The position numbers and the translations under genes were made by a program. A DNA stretch of 64,000 bases. It comes from Octopus sinensis (taxonomy: Eukaryota). The stretch covers positions 149,110,001-149,174,000 of the forward strand of contig NC_042997.1 in NCBI RefSeq assembly GCF_006345805.1. Reading direction: 5' to 3'. Shown here in pieces: positions 1 to 14,287 of the stretch (position 1 is its first letter; the number at the start of each line of letters is the position of its first letter). The notes under the pieces were generated by a model that was not told where the DNA came from, did not search any database, and was given only the letters and a program-made list of their open reading frames with translations.

Positions 1-53
1 ATATTTACATACACGCATACATACATACATACATACATACATACATACATACA

Positions 54-86
<33 letters not shown>

Positions 87-223
87 GAATTCACACACAT
101 ATATAGATTGATAGATAGGTAGATATGTACAGATATATGAAAAATTTTTTTGTATATATTTATGCACGTTTGAGTATATGAATGTATATACTAAGATATA
201 TATATATATATATACACTCTCAC

Positions 224-271
<48 letters not shown>

Positions 272-300
272 GTGAGAGAGTGTGAGAAAGAAAGAATGAG
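1..300. repeat. Compound microsatellite (ACAT)n/(AT)n/(AG)n
   Basis: Directly visible tandem ACAT, AT and AG units. Confidence 0.95.
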
Positions 301-1344
301 ATAGCGTGTAAACCTTTCTTATCAATAAGTGAATTGCAGTAACAATAATGGTATTTGTCAGGCAATATGACTTACATCTATATGTTTGTCCATTTGAATT
401 AAGCATCTTACATTTAATGGTTTCCGATTAATCAATGATGGTGAAAGCTATATATTTATTGACACATGCCAGCTGAGTATACATCAAGCGCCTTACAACA
501 GATGTGCAAAATATAGAATAATAATTACATTTTTGAATACCGGCATTGCAGACAATTATTTTTGCAAGGTATCGTCAATAATACACACAATAGTTTTTCC
601 GTATAATTTAATTGTCCTCTGTCTGTAGTATGGAAATTTTAGGGATCTCCAACGAGATTTCCAATAAGTAAGCAAAAGAATGGTGACTAAATGAAACAAG
701 TTATTTTGATCGGACTTCTAATAATTATGCAATGTTAACATGAGAATATAAATGAAATAATATGAATTTCTTTTGTCTGGCACCAGAGCATGAAATGAGG
801 GAAACACTACAAGGAGAGTTCACAATTTATGTGAGAAATTTCAAAATAGATGAGGGGAAAGTATAATATATAGTGTACATAATATACAAAATATTTGAAG
901 ACACATATGATACGGTTTTTGTTTAATACAGCAGAACCTCGGATTTGGGTTAATAACTGAATCCCGTAGAACAAGGATCAACACCGAAAGAAGAACGACA
1001 GAACAAATAGTTGGAAAGAGATATCGTTACTTGTCTAATTCATGTAAGAAATCGAGGTATTTGAAAATAATAAATGCTGCTTGTAATTGAACAATGGAAA
1101 TATAAAACGAGCAACTGAATCTCTTAATTTAACAACTAAGATCGAATTTCATGGTGACAAATAGTGATAAAACTCAAGACAACAAACGAAGAACTGTAGG
1201 AGAAGTGATAAAAGTGATAAAGTTTGGCACAGGACAGCATTATGGTGAAAGGAGTTTAATCAGTTACAGACCCTGGGATTTCGCTGGTATATTATTTTTC
1301 AATCCTGGAAAGATGAACTGCAAAGTTGACCTGACAACGTTAAG

Positions 1345-1510
1345 ACGATGAGGATAATGATGATGATGATGATGATGTTTTTGACGACGACGATGATGAT
1401 GATGGTGATGATGATGATGATGCTGGAGATGAAGATGAAGATGATGAAGATGATGAATACGATGATGATAATAAAGAGGAGGATGGGTCTGATGAGAATA
1501 ATGGTGGTAT
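1345..1510. repeat. Degenerate (GAT)n trinucleotide repeat
   Basis: gatgatgatg... tract; explains the poly-Met/poly-Ile ORFs 1348-1581 and 1299-1616. Confidence 0.95.
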
Positions 1511-2499
1511 TAGTCAGCATGAATACGTCCCGGCCCTGTTTATGTAATGTTATGTACAATGAACAAAGTATCTCCTCATAAAATGTGAGATTAATATGAC
1601 AGAACCACCAATGCAAAAACCGAATTAGAACAGAACGTTAAAAAGTCAATGTGTTTGTGCATCAGCATATAAATCGACATACAGTTTGGGCAAAACTTGT
1701 TTTCTCTTCGAAAACCAAAGCGAAACCACATAGGACAACTTCATTTTAATGCAAACAAAGGATCACAGCTCAAAAACGTGATGCTGTACTCTACAACGAA
1801 GCATTAACGTGTACCTTGTGATTTTGTAAAAACTCGCAAAGAAAGCTAAAAACAAAACCCCACTAGACACGTTTATGTGTTGATTATTGTCTAATACATG
1901 GATGTCTTCAATGATCTTTTAAGTTTAGGCGGTTTTGTTGCATGTCTGATATTGGAGAAATATTTTATTTTGATATTGGAGACAGGTATCTTTTGATAGG
2001 TTTCCAATATGTGGTTTCTGCTTTATAATGTTATGTAATTAAGTTTATTAGTAGTTGTTAATGCTTTCTGGATTTATTTGCTTGTATTTGATTTGAAAAT
2101 GGTGGGGGTTCTACATTCATAAACAAGCAACGTGAGTGTTAGATCTCATCCGGTCATAAGTTTTAGAACAACGGAGAAGTGAGGCACGGGGCATTGCTTG
2201 TGTTATTTGGAAAATTACATCACTAAACGGATTATACCAGATAACGCCCAAATGGCAGCTAAATATTTCTCTCTAGTTAGACTGTTAGAAAATTCCTTTA
2301 AGAGGAATGCAAAGTGCTTTATTGTGGTATCATTGCGTACTGTGGAAATAAGAATAAATTTCATGTGTTTTTATACATGTACTTTATTGCTATATGTATG
2401 TTGTTAAAATATTTTGAAAACATTTCTGTTTGATTTTTAATTTACTGCTTAGTATAAGGTTTTCTAGTGGTTGTTCTATTTATCGATTGTTGTGTTGCG

Positions 2500-3200
2500 T
2501 CTTTCACCAAGTATTACTGTATAAGGTCTGACATAATTTACTCTCAGTTATTCGTTGACCAGCTGTAGGAGCAGAGAGTGAGTCTGTTTTCCTTGTAGTA
2601 CATAATTGCTATATGGCTTATGTGAAGAATATATTGTAAAGATTTGATTCGTTTTAATTGTTTCATGTTTTAAAAATGCTTTATGGTTTGTTAGCTGCTA
2701 ACGCCAGTTTTGTTATATTATATATAATTTATTTATCTGATTTTGTTTTAAACATGTTATTGTCTGTTTAGCCTACGTTCTTTAAATTTTATTTGTAGCG
2801 GATCTGAGATTTATTAATTTGATTTAAGTTATGTCTATTTCCTTGTGAAACTGAAGTAGATTATTCCTCTGGTTATTAATTTACCGTTTTTTTATCATTT
2901 TTAAAACTTTTTTCTTTCCTTCATGTATTACATAATGTCCGTTTGCTATGCTTATTTATTTAATTTAATAGTTTTCATGTTCCTTAGTTTTGTTAGCAGC
3001 ATCATCCGTTTTGTTTGTGCTCTCTGTCTTCTATACATTATTATATGTATATTTTATCCTTGGTTACCGTAGATATATAATGACTTATGTTGAAGATCTG
3101 GTATTTGTATTTGTAAGAATAAGCAAGTGTCGATTTAATGAAGATACTGAGCTTAGGTTTAGTTCCTGATTCTTGTCAACAGTCTTCAAGCAGCGCTTAT
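2500..3200 (-). mobile_element. Highly decayed Penelope-like element 3' part (RT thumb/GIY-YIG relic)
   Basis: Minus-strand translations give remnants such as AYS..NISHYIS (compare RIAFSNTSNLSQIIASHN of the PLE at 56460) and a frameshifted S.T.N.FKER-like GIY-YIG remnant; many stops and frameshifts. Confidence 0.3.
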
Positions 3201-3384
3201 ATTTTTACTCGTTGACAGTACCCGATAAAACGTTACTGCCCGGGTGTCCACACCATAAATATATCTGTTACTTAGGAAAAAATGTGAGGGATACCTTTGT
3301 AGTGTTTGTTTATTTGTATATGTTTTTAATGTGAAACATCAAAATTTTTTTCTGTCATGTTTCCAAATGAAGTGTTTAGAGGTT

Positions 3385-3620
3385 TTATGGCTTGTGGTTC
3401 GTTCATGGTTCCGATTCCTGGCAGTATGGTGTTTTCTTGAACAAAAGACTTAATTTAACGTTGTTACATTCCACTCAACAGTAAATTGTTAAAACTGTGA
3501 CCGTATGGCCTTCCGGTCACGGGGTATGTTGGCCTGCTTCGGCGTGACGTCATTCGAAAGCTAAAACAACGCTGAAGGCATTGTAATGAGCGTACATCAC
3601 AACATCCGCTAGTCAGGTCG
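3385..3620 (+). mobile_element. Degenerate tRNA-derived SINE-like fragment
   Basis: B-box-like GGTTCCGATTCC followed by a ttcttgaacaaaagactt core-like segment in a GC-richer island. Confidence 0.35.
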
Positions 3621-4296
3621 ATACTGCAGCACTATGATATGTACATAAACTTATATATACATGCATTTATGTGTGTGTATGTGCGTGTGTTTCTATACTT
3701 TAATGTGTATCTATACTTTAATGATTATGTTTACGTTATGAAAACAATTTAACATTAAATTCTAGGGTTTCTCAATACATATGATAGAGAAGAAATTTAT
3801 TATTCTTTAACAAGAATAGATTTGATATTGGTTTCGAAGTTTCCGCCTCTTGAGTTGCTATCGAGCTGTCCGATGATAGGTCAGCAGCGCAAACGTTGAA
3901 GACACTGTCAATATTAAACTTCTTGAAGTATACCCCCCCCATAAACGCACACACACACTTACGTATGTAAGTGTGTAGACTTGTTTGCGTGTGTGTATAT
4001 GGGTACGTACATGTAAATGTATGTTTATGCAGTGACATGTGTGTCTGCTTGAGTTGTATATATAACTGTTACTCTGTCGAAGTTTGTATATATATATATA
4101 TGTTCTTTTTACCGCCGTCTAAGGATGAATCGATACAATGTCTTAGATATAGACATGCAAATACAAACATACCTATACACATGCCCATATATGTACATAT
4201 ACGTACATGCATATACACGCTCATACACACGCACACATACACACACAGAAACACGAGAAAATACACATACGTACATACATATAAATCTATGTACAC

Positions 4297-4372
4297 TCAT
4301 ACTATATATAATTCTATTATTATATATCAATATCATACTATATATAATTCTATTATTATATATCAATATCAT
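4297..4372. repeat. 36-bp perfect tandem duplication
   Basis: tcatactatatataattctattattatatatcaata x2. Confidence 0.9.
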
Positions 4373-6728
4373 GCATCTCAACATGTATATACGAATTTCT
4401 ACATGTGAATGAGAAAAGGAGGTGATTATGGATGGGTACTCGCAAGTGGGATCCGGGTTTTATACCATTCCGATTTACGGTTGTGGGTGGCTTTGTACCC
4501 CTGTATAGAGACAGCTTCTGTGACTTCTCTCTGTATTGGCATCGGTGGCATATGTAGATAGGATATCTAATCTAAGTATCCCTAAGGAGCCACTGTGGCA
4601 GTCTAGAGTATGCTGATAGAAAATGGAGTTCAGTTTTTTCTCAATGAATTTATCCAGGTGTTCTTTGAAACTATCATTTATGCTCCAAGATATCTCACCG
4701 ATTTAGGACTCTGGGGGGACCTCATAAGTTCCTTTCTGGTACATAATTTGGTATACACTGCTCTTCGTTTTACAGCTTACATGTGGGTTTGTAGAACATA
4801 CTACACAATTATTTTGACACGCGATTCTATCAAATGGTTATGACTTAATATACATTTGGCTTACAAATGTCTTCCCTACTTAATGTATTTACTGATTTAG
4901 CATAAATATGTCAATATGTGAATCTAGGTTGCACGTCGTTGTCAATCTCGAAGACGTGCGAAACACATCTTGCTACTAAATATCATTTTACCTACCGCTG
5001 ATATATATCGTGATTCTAACACAACGGGTCTATGACGAAGTTTTCTGTAAGACATGCCTATCAATACTCTATAAGCGTTTGGTACGATATAACTTTTGCG
5101 CTTGCAAATGAATGCTGTCTCAAGTACTGCGAATGTAATGCACACACACACAAACACACATACATGCACATAAACACACAGACTGACACACATATACGCA
5201 TGCAAAAGGTGCGTTTGTGTTTTAGTGCGTGTGCGTATATGTGTGCGCATGGCAATGTGCGTGTGTGTTATGTTAGTATTTGAGAAATATATAAATACGT
5301 GTGTTTGTGTGGCTGTTTAATCACTAAAACCGAGCTATAAAAAATCAACTCAAAATAACGCCTACAAAAGATTCGAAATGTTTAAATAACGATTAACTAT
5401 GTATAATATAATCACTCTTCTCATTTATATTTCTCTTTTCGCCAGATTCAAACTGAATATGTGCCCCGAAGCCATAATTATGTATACCGATTCCATTTTG
5501 GTTTTAAGAGCTATAATAGCTGGCTTTGCGAAATAGAAACTGGTTTAAAAGTGTTTTTGCATATTTGAATACTATACCATGTATAATATTTATTCAAACA
5601 CTTTTGCGTTGATATAGGTGCATAATTACTTTGCAGCATTCAAAGCCGTTATTTATTGGATATATAATTTTCTGCATTTATCTTTGAAGTAATGTGCTGC
5701 CCATTTTGCATGAATGTTCTTAAAAGTTTAGAAAATCATCGATATGTTTGGAATAGATTATAGAGGAAATTATATGAGAAAGGATCATCATTCTATATTT
5801 CTTTGACTGTAATGTTTTATAATTACGCAAGAATAAGCATCATATAATAGTAATGGACACTAAGGTTTATCGAATATAAATTCACTCACTAATTTTCAGC
5901 TGAACTCTGAAATTTTTGAAATCATAAATATTTAGTCTATACTTTATGATAATAGAATATTTCAGAAAATGTTTATTCTCAAGAATTTTACTTGTGTACT
6001 CCAGATACAAATATACATTTATATAAAACTAACAACTACTTTATGGTAACATTTGGCACCGTACACTTTCTTTGATATAAAATGTGTAGTATTTAATTTT
6101 CTTCTTTATGGTCGGTAATATTGTAAGTGATATACAGACATTACTAAGAACCGAGAAATATATATATGTGTGTGTTAGAGAGAGAGAGTGAGAGATAGAG
6201 GGGGAGAAAGAGAAAGGGAGAGAGAGATAGAGAGAGAGAGAATGCACTTCATATAATTCCATGTAATATTTTGAAAAAAAAAACACAAAAGCGATTTCTT
6301 AATTCCACTTCCACTTATGAATATTTATTTCGGAAACGGTATATGTCGTAGTGTTCGATTTTTTCTTTTTTTTTTTTTTGATCTCATTGAAAAGCGGGGT
6401 CGGTAAGATCACATTAAACTGTAACGTAGGATACTAGAGAAGGAAAAACACTGAAGGAATTATAGACAATTTCTGTTGTTGGTAAAATAACCTACTATTT
6501 AGTGACGAAATAAATAATATTTTATTTTCAAAGGTCAATTTATTATTAATGCTGTATCATCGAAATTAAGTAATACTGAAATAGCGAAGGCTATACATGA
6601 TAGCATCTCCACAATTTCGATCCCTCATACCTCTGCTAAGGAAGTATATTATTAGGGTAAACCCAGTGTAATGGCAGATAGTCCATCATATTTTGTCTGA
6701 GGACCTCACGATTCTATCAATCTAACAC

Positions 6729-6792
6729 CTTTAAAATAAATGACTTTAAAATGACTTTAAAATAAATGACTTTAAAATGACTTTAAAATAAA
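6729..6792. repeat. 26-bp tandem repeat (~2.5 copies)
   Basis: ctttaaaataaatgactttaaaatga repeated. Confidence 0.9.
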
Positions 6793-7149
6793 CATGTGAA
6801 AAGGATATAGAATATAGAAAGTACGCATAATTTCAAGGCTATTTACTACTATATTAAGCGTGATTTACAATTTTATTACACATAACGATGGTTACGTAAT
6901 CACAATAGTATAATCAATGTATTTACTACAGAACGAAGCCCAAATGCTAGGAAAACAGTAACTGTTGTTCCTTTTGTTGTTTAGGATAAAATATATTTAT
7001 AATTTAATATATTCCATTCAGTTATTGCGTGCTACTGGTTATATTAGTCAATGCTTTCTTTTCTTTCTTTCATTGACATTGTATTATAGACAGCATACTT
7101 AAAGTGTCGTTCAATCTCACTCCTCAACGTTATTTAAATATCCTTAGAA

Positions 7150-7720
7150 ATTACTGAATGTTACAACCATTTGAACCAGTTGTTTCATCAGAGTATTTAT
7201 TCATCCTTCCCACCAACCAATCTTGGATGCTCTGAAGAGTGTCATGCGCAATTCTCTTTGTCTTCTGAGAGAGTTATTGCAGCCAAAATCAAATACAACA
7301 GCAGCTTATGCTGTTCCTTATATGGGAAAACATCGCACTTATAAGTGCATCTGTTCTTGCACAAAGATAGCATTCTTCATATAGATTCCTGATATTTCGA
7401 AAAATAGGCAAAACATGCGAGATGATTTTTGCTAGTGTATATTATCACACAATGGGAAGTTGATATTGTTCTTAATTTCAGGAACAAAAAGCTGATTTTT
7501 AAATTGCAAACATTTGTACTGTACTCACATTATAGGTAAAATGTCTTGTTTCCAGATGCAAAATTGTGACTAGTACATTCAATGATCATAATCTAAATAT
7601 TACCTTTCGGAAAGTTTATTCGGAAGTCCATTGATGACGATGGTAAGCCGCAACTTTCACTTGTTTCCTTAGCTCTCTCTCTTCTCTGTATCAGAGAAAG
7701 CGGGGACACCAACTCCTGGA
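7150..7720 (-). mobile_element. Possible decayed hAT transposase relic
   Basis: Minus-strand remnants loosely resemble, in the expected order, the hAT CxxH region (YLCAR) and TRW region (LQSIQDWLV...LMKQL); heavily disrupted. Confidence 0.25.
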
Positions 7721-10564
7721 GTGTCCATTGTTATGTAAATAATTCTACACTTCAGTATTAACTCTAAATTTTTTAGTCAAATATATTTTCCGAAATGCAA
7801 CTTATAAAAAATATTCACCAACCGCATAAAAAATAATTTGAAAACAGCTTGCAACAAGGATGGCATGGATATATTTATCTCCTACTGCACACTACTGAAG
7901 CTTAAACAACATACAAATATTTCATCTTTAATACCTATCAGATATCTTCAGCGTAGAAGAATCAAAACCATAGAGACTGACATTTCCTTCATGTTCATAA
8001 CATATTCATTAATTGTCTCAACGACACACAACTATTTCCTTATGTATCTAGTGCAATAGGACAATGATATATATATATATATCACTCGCACATCGGAAGT
8101 TGCTGCCACATCTTACAGACTGCCTCACAAGCAAGGTGATATGAGGATAATATGCTACTCCAGTAAATCCCTTAACTTGGTTTACACTAGTATGGGTCAT
8201 ATATATGTACGTGTGTGTATATGTGTGTGATGCATATCCGTGTGTGTCTGTGCATGTTTGTGCGTGTGTTTGTATTCTTTCATAGTTCACGTTTATCACT
8301 TTGGATCTTATTATTTACTAGTTACACATGTTTGATTCTGTGTCAGTTTTGTTCAATTAATCCTGCATAAATCGTTACTTTTTCTATGGCTACCCATATT
8401 GTTCACATCCAAGCTTTGTCCTATTCTCCGCACGCAGTTTTTCTCTGTAATTTTCTCCCGGCCCTCCTTTACTCGTAGCATTTAACTAGAAAAAGGTCAT
8501 CAAGAAACAATAACCAGGTGAATTCCTCTATTCTCGGTGTGTCTTCGAGGAACATACATATCTAATATGACTCTTCGATGTATGGGGCTATAGTGTAACT
8601 AGGAGATAGAGATGCGTCAGTCTAATATGAATGATTGAAGGTGTTCATCCTTGCGATAGGTTTGGTCAATAAACACTGATCCAGGGATTTACAACCACAG
8701 GTTCTTACACATTTTCGGGGTTACTTTTATATAAATGATATAATCTTTATAAATTGCATTAAGCTTTGGAATAATTGATTGCTCCCCACGGTTCATGATA
8801 ATCGTTAACCTAATTATTAAGACTAGTAGACATATTTTGTCTTCTGAAATGCAAAATATTTATTCACTTAGAGATTTATTGGAAAGTTTGCCTTTAAACA
8901 TTTATATATAAATTACTAAGAGCATTGGCTATTTGAAACTTATGCATTGATACATTCAAATAGACATTTCGTGCCTGTCAAATAGATAACCAATAGAACA
9001 TATTTCTAAAGAGCTATTATATATTCATCTCTGAGAAATATAATTGTCAGTGATAATTATCATATAAGCATAGCTATGTAGCATGATCGACTGACTATAA
9101 CAACACACTTCGTCTATAAATCTAATTCTCACGTTATATTACAGCAACAGTGAGGTAATATGATGTGATTATAACAAAGAATGGAATGGGACATTCATTT
9201 ATGAAACTTACATACATGAAGGATTGATATTCACTGCTGTCTAGACAGACACATGTGTAAACATATACATGTGTGTATATATATATATGTACATATGAAA
9301 CTTCGAAAATGATGCGTGACGTTCGATCATATAATAGTATAAATAATATATAAATGCATACATGTATACATAAATATATGTATGTATATATGCTTATTTT
9401 TATATATTATTTATATTATATTTATATTATTATATATACATATATACGCATATATAAATATGCATATGTGGATGTGTGATTGTGTGTGTGTGTGTCTGAA
9501 TTTATGTGAGGAAAATTATGATGCGACTTGCAGTTGATATACTTCAAATATATACTTATTGTATTTTGATAATTTTGACAGGAAACCCAATGTTCTCACC
9601 AGGCCAATTATTACGAACGATCTTTCAATAGAGCGATAACTATCGTCAATTTTCACTGGGTTCTTCAGGCTTCTCCGAAGATTACTTAAATCACTACAAT
9701 TAACACTACAAAAGCAACAAAATCATGGAAATACAAGTACCGCAGCATTTGGCTGCATCATTAACTAACGCACCTATTGGTTACGTCCAAAAGTTCAATA
9801 ACACACGCGTGCATACACAAACAAATGTATACAATAAGGCAAAACCAATATAAATGTTGCGTACATACATAAATACATACATACATACAAACATATACAT
9901 CCATATATGTGTGTGTATGCATATTTTAAAGAAAGCTTTTGGATAATATAATTCGAGTGATTATACGTAAGACTTGTACATTAATTACCAGCAAATTAAA
10001 TCCTTATGATAGAGAAAATTGTGCAAAAATTCATAATATATTAGAAGAAATCGATTACTGTGTATATTAAAATAAAGTTTTCGAAACATAGCCCTTAATG
10101 TATTAATCTTTATCTATAAAGAGCTAAATATTTGTATATATGTAATGCTGTAATGCTGTAAACATATACGTAGAGATTTTAGCAGACAATTTATGTAAAA
10201 TATTGAATCCGGTGCGTTTAATCACCTTGTCTGTCGGCAGCTTATTTCCGATAAAGTGAAGCGTTTCACATTTGTCTTGCCCCTAACATGAACGCGAAAC
10301 TCTCTTCATATAATCTATAGTTTAGTATAGTATAATATTGGAATAAAACATTACTTCAATACTATTAAAATTGCTAGTTTTCTTAATATATAACCCCGCT
10401 AATGACGACGTTTTAGTTATCGGTTGACTATCAATACTGATGCATATTGTGCATAATGCTTAAAGACAGCTAGTACATGCATACAGAGAAACATTTGCAT
10501 ATATGCTCACTCATCTACGCATAGTTGTGCATTTTTCTCTCTCTATCTCTTTCTTTATTTCCAC

Positions 10565-10670
10565 ATGCATGCACATATATATGCAAATATATATATGTAT
10601 ACATATGTATATATGTTTGTATATATTCTATATATGTATAGATATATGCATATATATATGTATATATATA

Positions 10671-10762
<92 letters not shown>

Positions 10763-10772
10763 TATATATATA
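10565..10772. repeat. (TA)n microsatellite
   Basis: Long interrupted TA tract. Confidence 0.95.
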
Positions 10773-12020
10773 CATTTATTAAACTCAGTCATTCATTTCC
10801 ATATATATGTGTTTGTGCCCTTGCATGTGAGTTAAATTATCATACATCCAAATTTGCATTTATCAACAATACATATATACCTGATATTGATTACTCATTC
10901 AAATGCTATTTTTAAACATTAATATTAGTTATAACGTTTAGTTGATATCAAACTTTGAAAGTGGATAAAACGCTATCACATTTCGGATAATATATAATTA
11001 ACATTTAGAGAAGACGAGCAGAATATTTATTCTCGAACCATGTTAGATATTACTTTCACTCTGCTTATGAAATGAATCAAATCTTTTAGATAATGTGTAC
11101 AACACTGAATCAAGTTACATGCATTTCGTGTCCAGCTTTCTTGCAGCATACTCATACCGTATAACATTCACTATCAGTGCATTTAGCTAGCGTAAGCATG
11201 TTGATATACAATTAAGTAATGGTTTACATATCGCAAACTATGAATGACCTGCCAATTAATAACTAACTGGACGATATCAATTGTTGTAACTCGTTCTTTA
11301 ATCTCACGCCTGTAGCTAACTTTTGGGGGTATTTATGTATAAACATAACCCGCTTCATCCCAAAGTATCACTATCACTTGACATGAAAGAGCGTCAATGT
11401 ATCTAATGCCATAAAATTTTCGCTGCAATGATATCAAAGTTTTCATAAGGTTTTAATACTGGTAATAATCACAATGGCGTAATTGTAATTCCAGTATAAA
11501 CAAATACAAGGAAACAGGTTCAATTTCTAAATTTATTACATAGCAATAAATACTATAAATTAATGAAGCCATATTTCGCTCTTCTAGAGAATAAGCTTAG
11601 ATATATTTCCAGCAGATGAAGTGCATTTCCTCAATCACAACAAGAAAATAAGAAGCAAGTGACATATCATTTGCGCATATGATAAAAAGACAGAGAATGT
11701 CACAGTTTTATTCACTGCAATGTTATTTCCACATAATATCCAGCTAATGAAAATGCATCTGCTTATTTGTTGATTTCGTGACTGCATTAGGGATTACAGG
11801 GTACACAGTAGGGTTTGAAAGATGAGCTACTGAAGAGTAAATGGAAGTGCAAATGAAGTAAAATTCAACTAAAGTAGGGCACATAGATAACTATATATAT
11901 ATTTATAGTTTCTAAACGAGAAACATATTCTCCGTATTGAATACACTTCGTAATGTTTAAGAGATTTAAACGTGATCAGGTAGAGGAGTAAATATAAGGA
12001 TAAGCAAGCTACGCAAGTCC

Positions 12021-12441
12021 ATATGCAAAAAAAACATTAAATACATTTAATCCCAAAAAATGTATGTATGTTTACATTTAAAATGGTCCAAATTACGCAA
12101 AATAGAAATGATATCCCAAATTAAATCGGTTGAATAAGATTTTAATGAGCCCAAAAGCAGTTTCTGGTAGATAATACCAGCCTCCGTCTTCAGGGAAGAA
12201 TTTAATACCTCAAATGTAATACTCTACCCTGAAGACGGATGCTGGTATTACCCGATGATTGAATCAATTGAGAATCATTATTTCGGACACCAAGCACCCA
12301 CAAAAAGCTGTTGGATTCCTAAAACACTTATTTTTTTTTTGTATTACTGATATCATTTCCATTCTGTGTAATTTGTACCTTTATATACGTAAACATATAT
12401 ACAATTTTTTGTATTAAATGTATTTAATATTTTTTGCATAT
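12021..12441. mobile_element. Fold-back element (imperfect inverted repeat) with two opposed degenerate hammerhead motifs; PLE pLTR-derived
   Basis: Outer arms atatgcaaaa...aaatgatatc (12021-12115) and gatatcatttcc...ttttgcatat (12349-12441); inner stem taataccagcctccgtcttcaggg / ccctgaagacggatgctggtatta; CTGAAGA core on both strands with degenerate GAAACAGCTGTT. Confidence 0.75.
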
Positions 12442-12552
12442 CGACTAACCTAACTTGCTTATCTTTACATTTACTCAAACTCTATATGTGTGTGCGTGCG
12501 TTTGTGTTTGTGTGTGCGTTTGCGTTTGTGTTTGTGTGTGTGTGTGTATAAA

Positions 12553-12614
<62 letters not shown>

Positions 12615-12914
12615 CTAATAATAGTTCTTATTCTCAATCAGTAGAGCTTTTGGATCGGTTCCAGGCAAGATGTAAATCTTGTACACTTTCCAAAAATTGT
12701 TGTTTGGAGAGAGGAGACCACATAAAAATTAGATGGCGAAGGTAATCATTACAATTATGCCTACTAAGGACATGATAATATGCATATTTCAGAGGATCAT
12801 CCTGCTAACTTATCAGTCGTTGCAGTAAGGTGTTGCTTATCACTAAATTGTTTAACTGGAGAATACCTTTTTGACGCGAGTGGCTGTGATCCCATTTATT
12901 ATATATATATATAT

Positions 12915-13100
12915 TTTATTTTATAGAAGGAGCTTCTACAGGACTAGAACTGTTCATTCAAACTAAGCTTCCTGATGATTTCATTTGAATGAAACAGTTC
13001 TAGTCCTGTAGAAGCTCCGTCTATAAAATAAATTAATTTACTCTGCTATGTATTGAGTACCTTATTTACTGTGGTTAACCCCGACTCAACGCGGGACCTA
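12915..13100 (+). mobile_element. Short PLE pLTR-like insertion with ~48-bp inverted arm, flanked by (TA)n
   Basis: 12915-12962 is the reverse complement of 12984-13032 (1 mismatch, 1 indel); contains a hammerhead; TA tracts on both sides. Confidence 0.75.
12966..13016 (+). ncRNA. Type I hammerhead ribozyme
   Basis: AGCTTC (stem I) CTGATGA, tTTCA-tt-TGAAt (stem II), GAAA, CAG-ttctagtc-CTG (stem III), TA, GAAGCT (stem I). All core nucleotides are present with a GUA cleavage triplet; stem II is weak. Confidence 0.8.
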
Positions 13101-14001
13101 CATATATATATATATATATATATAATTAACTTAGAGATAAAACTACTACTAGGCAACTCAAATTTGATTTAATCCTAAATCTAATTTTTCCCTGTAAGTT
13201 TGGATATTCTCCCTAATATTATATATATATATATAAATGTGTATATGTAACATAATATATGTATACATATATATATATGTGTGTGTGTATGTGTTTGTAT
13301 ATATATATATATATATACGAATATAATATTTATTATTATTATATATGTGTGTGTGTGTATACATACACAATTTAGAAGCACACTACTACACACGTGTATG
13401 CACCATAACTGCTCATATATGATTATGCATATAAACTCACTTAAACATATATGCGCGTACACATGCGGTTGAATATTTGTGTGTGTGTGTGTTTATGTAT
13501 ATATCTATAAGACCGCGGTTGTGTAAATAGATAAACATTAGGGTATGACAAATATTTGCAGTTATTTCTATCTTTTTTCAATTATATTGTCACTAAGATA
13601 CTTTCAATTTCGCTTTGAGACAATGCCCATGTATGATATTCAAATTTAGTTTTAGATTTTGCACTGTATTCATTGTGTGTAGGAAGAGGCGGAAAGAGCG
13701 AGAATTGAAGAAATGTACGGACAAAATAGCACACACGCACAGACACACACACACACACACAACACACACACACACACACACACAAACACAAAGGCACACA
13801 CAAGCACACTCGTAAGAAGAGACATGCACGCAGGTGTTTGTGTCTGTAATTTTATTTATATTTATACACGGACGCACAAACATATATTCTATACAAATAT
13901 ATATATGTACACACAGACACACACATACACACACGTACCTAATACATTGCTTAATGTTTAGATATACATATAGATATACGTAAGTCATATCTAAAGGCAT
14001 A

Positions 14002-14057
<56 letters not shown>

Positions 14058-14231
14058 GTGCGTGTATTTGTATATGCGAAGTTGGGTGAGCGTGTGTGTT
14101 TGTTAGTATCTCTACCTTCGTGGTTCCTATGTATGTTTATATGTATATATGTATCTGTGTAAGTGTGTATGCATTTATGCGTGTATCTATGTATGTAGAT
14201 ATATATGTAGATATGAATATATATATATGTG

Positions 14232-14287
<56 letters not shown>

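Noticed and set aside
1299-1616. Poly-Met and poly-Ile ORFs
   Set aside because: (GAT)n microsatellite.
7705-7730. MDTPGVG (GTPase G3-like motif) on the minus strand
   Set aside because: The frame closes soon after and no P-loop or other GTPase motifs are present; likely chance.
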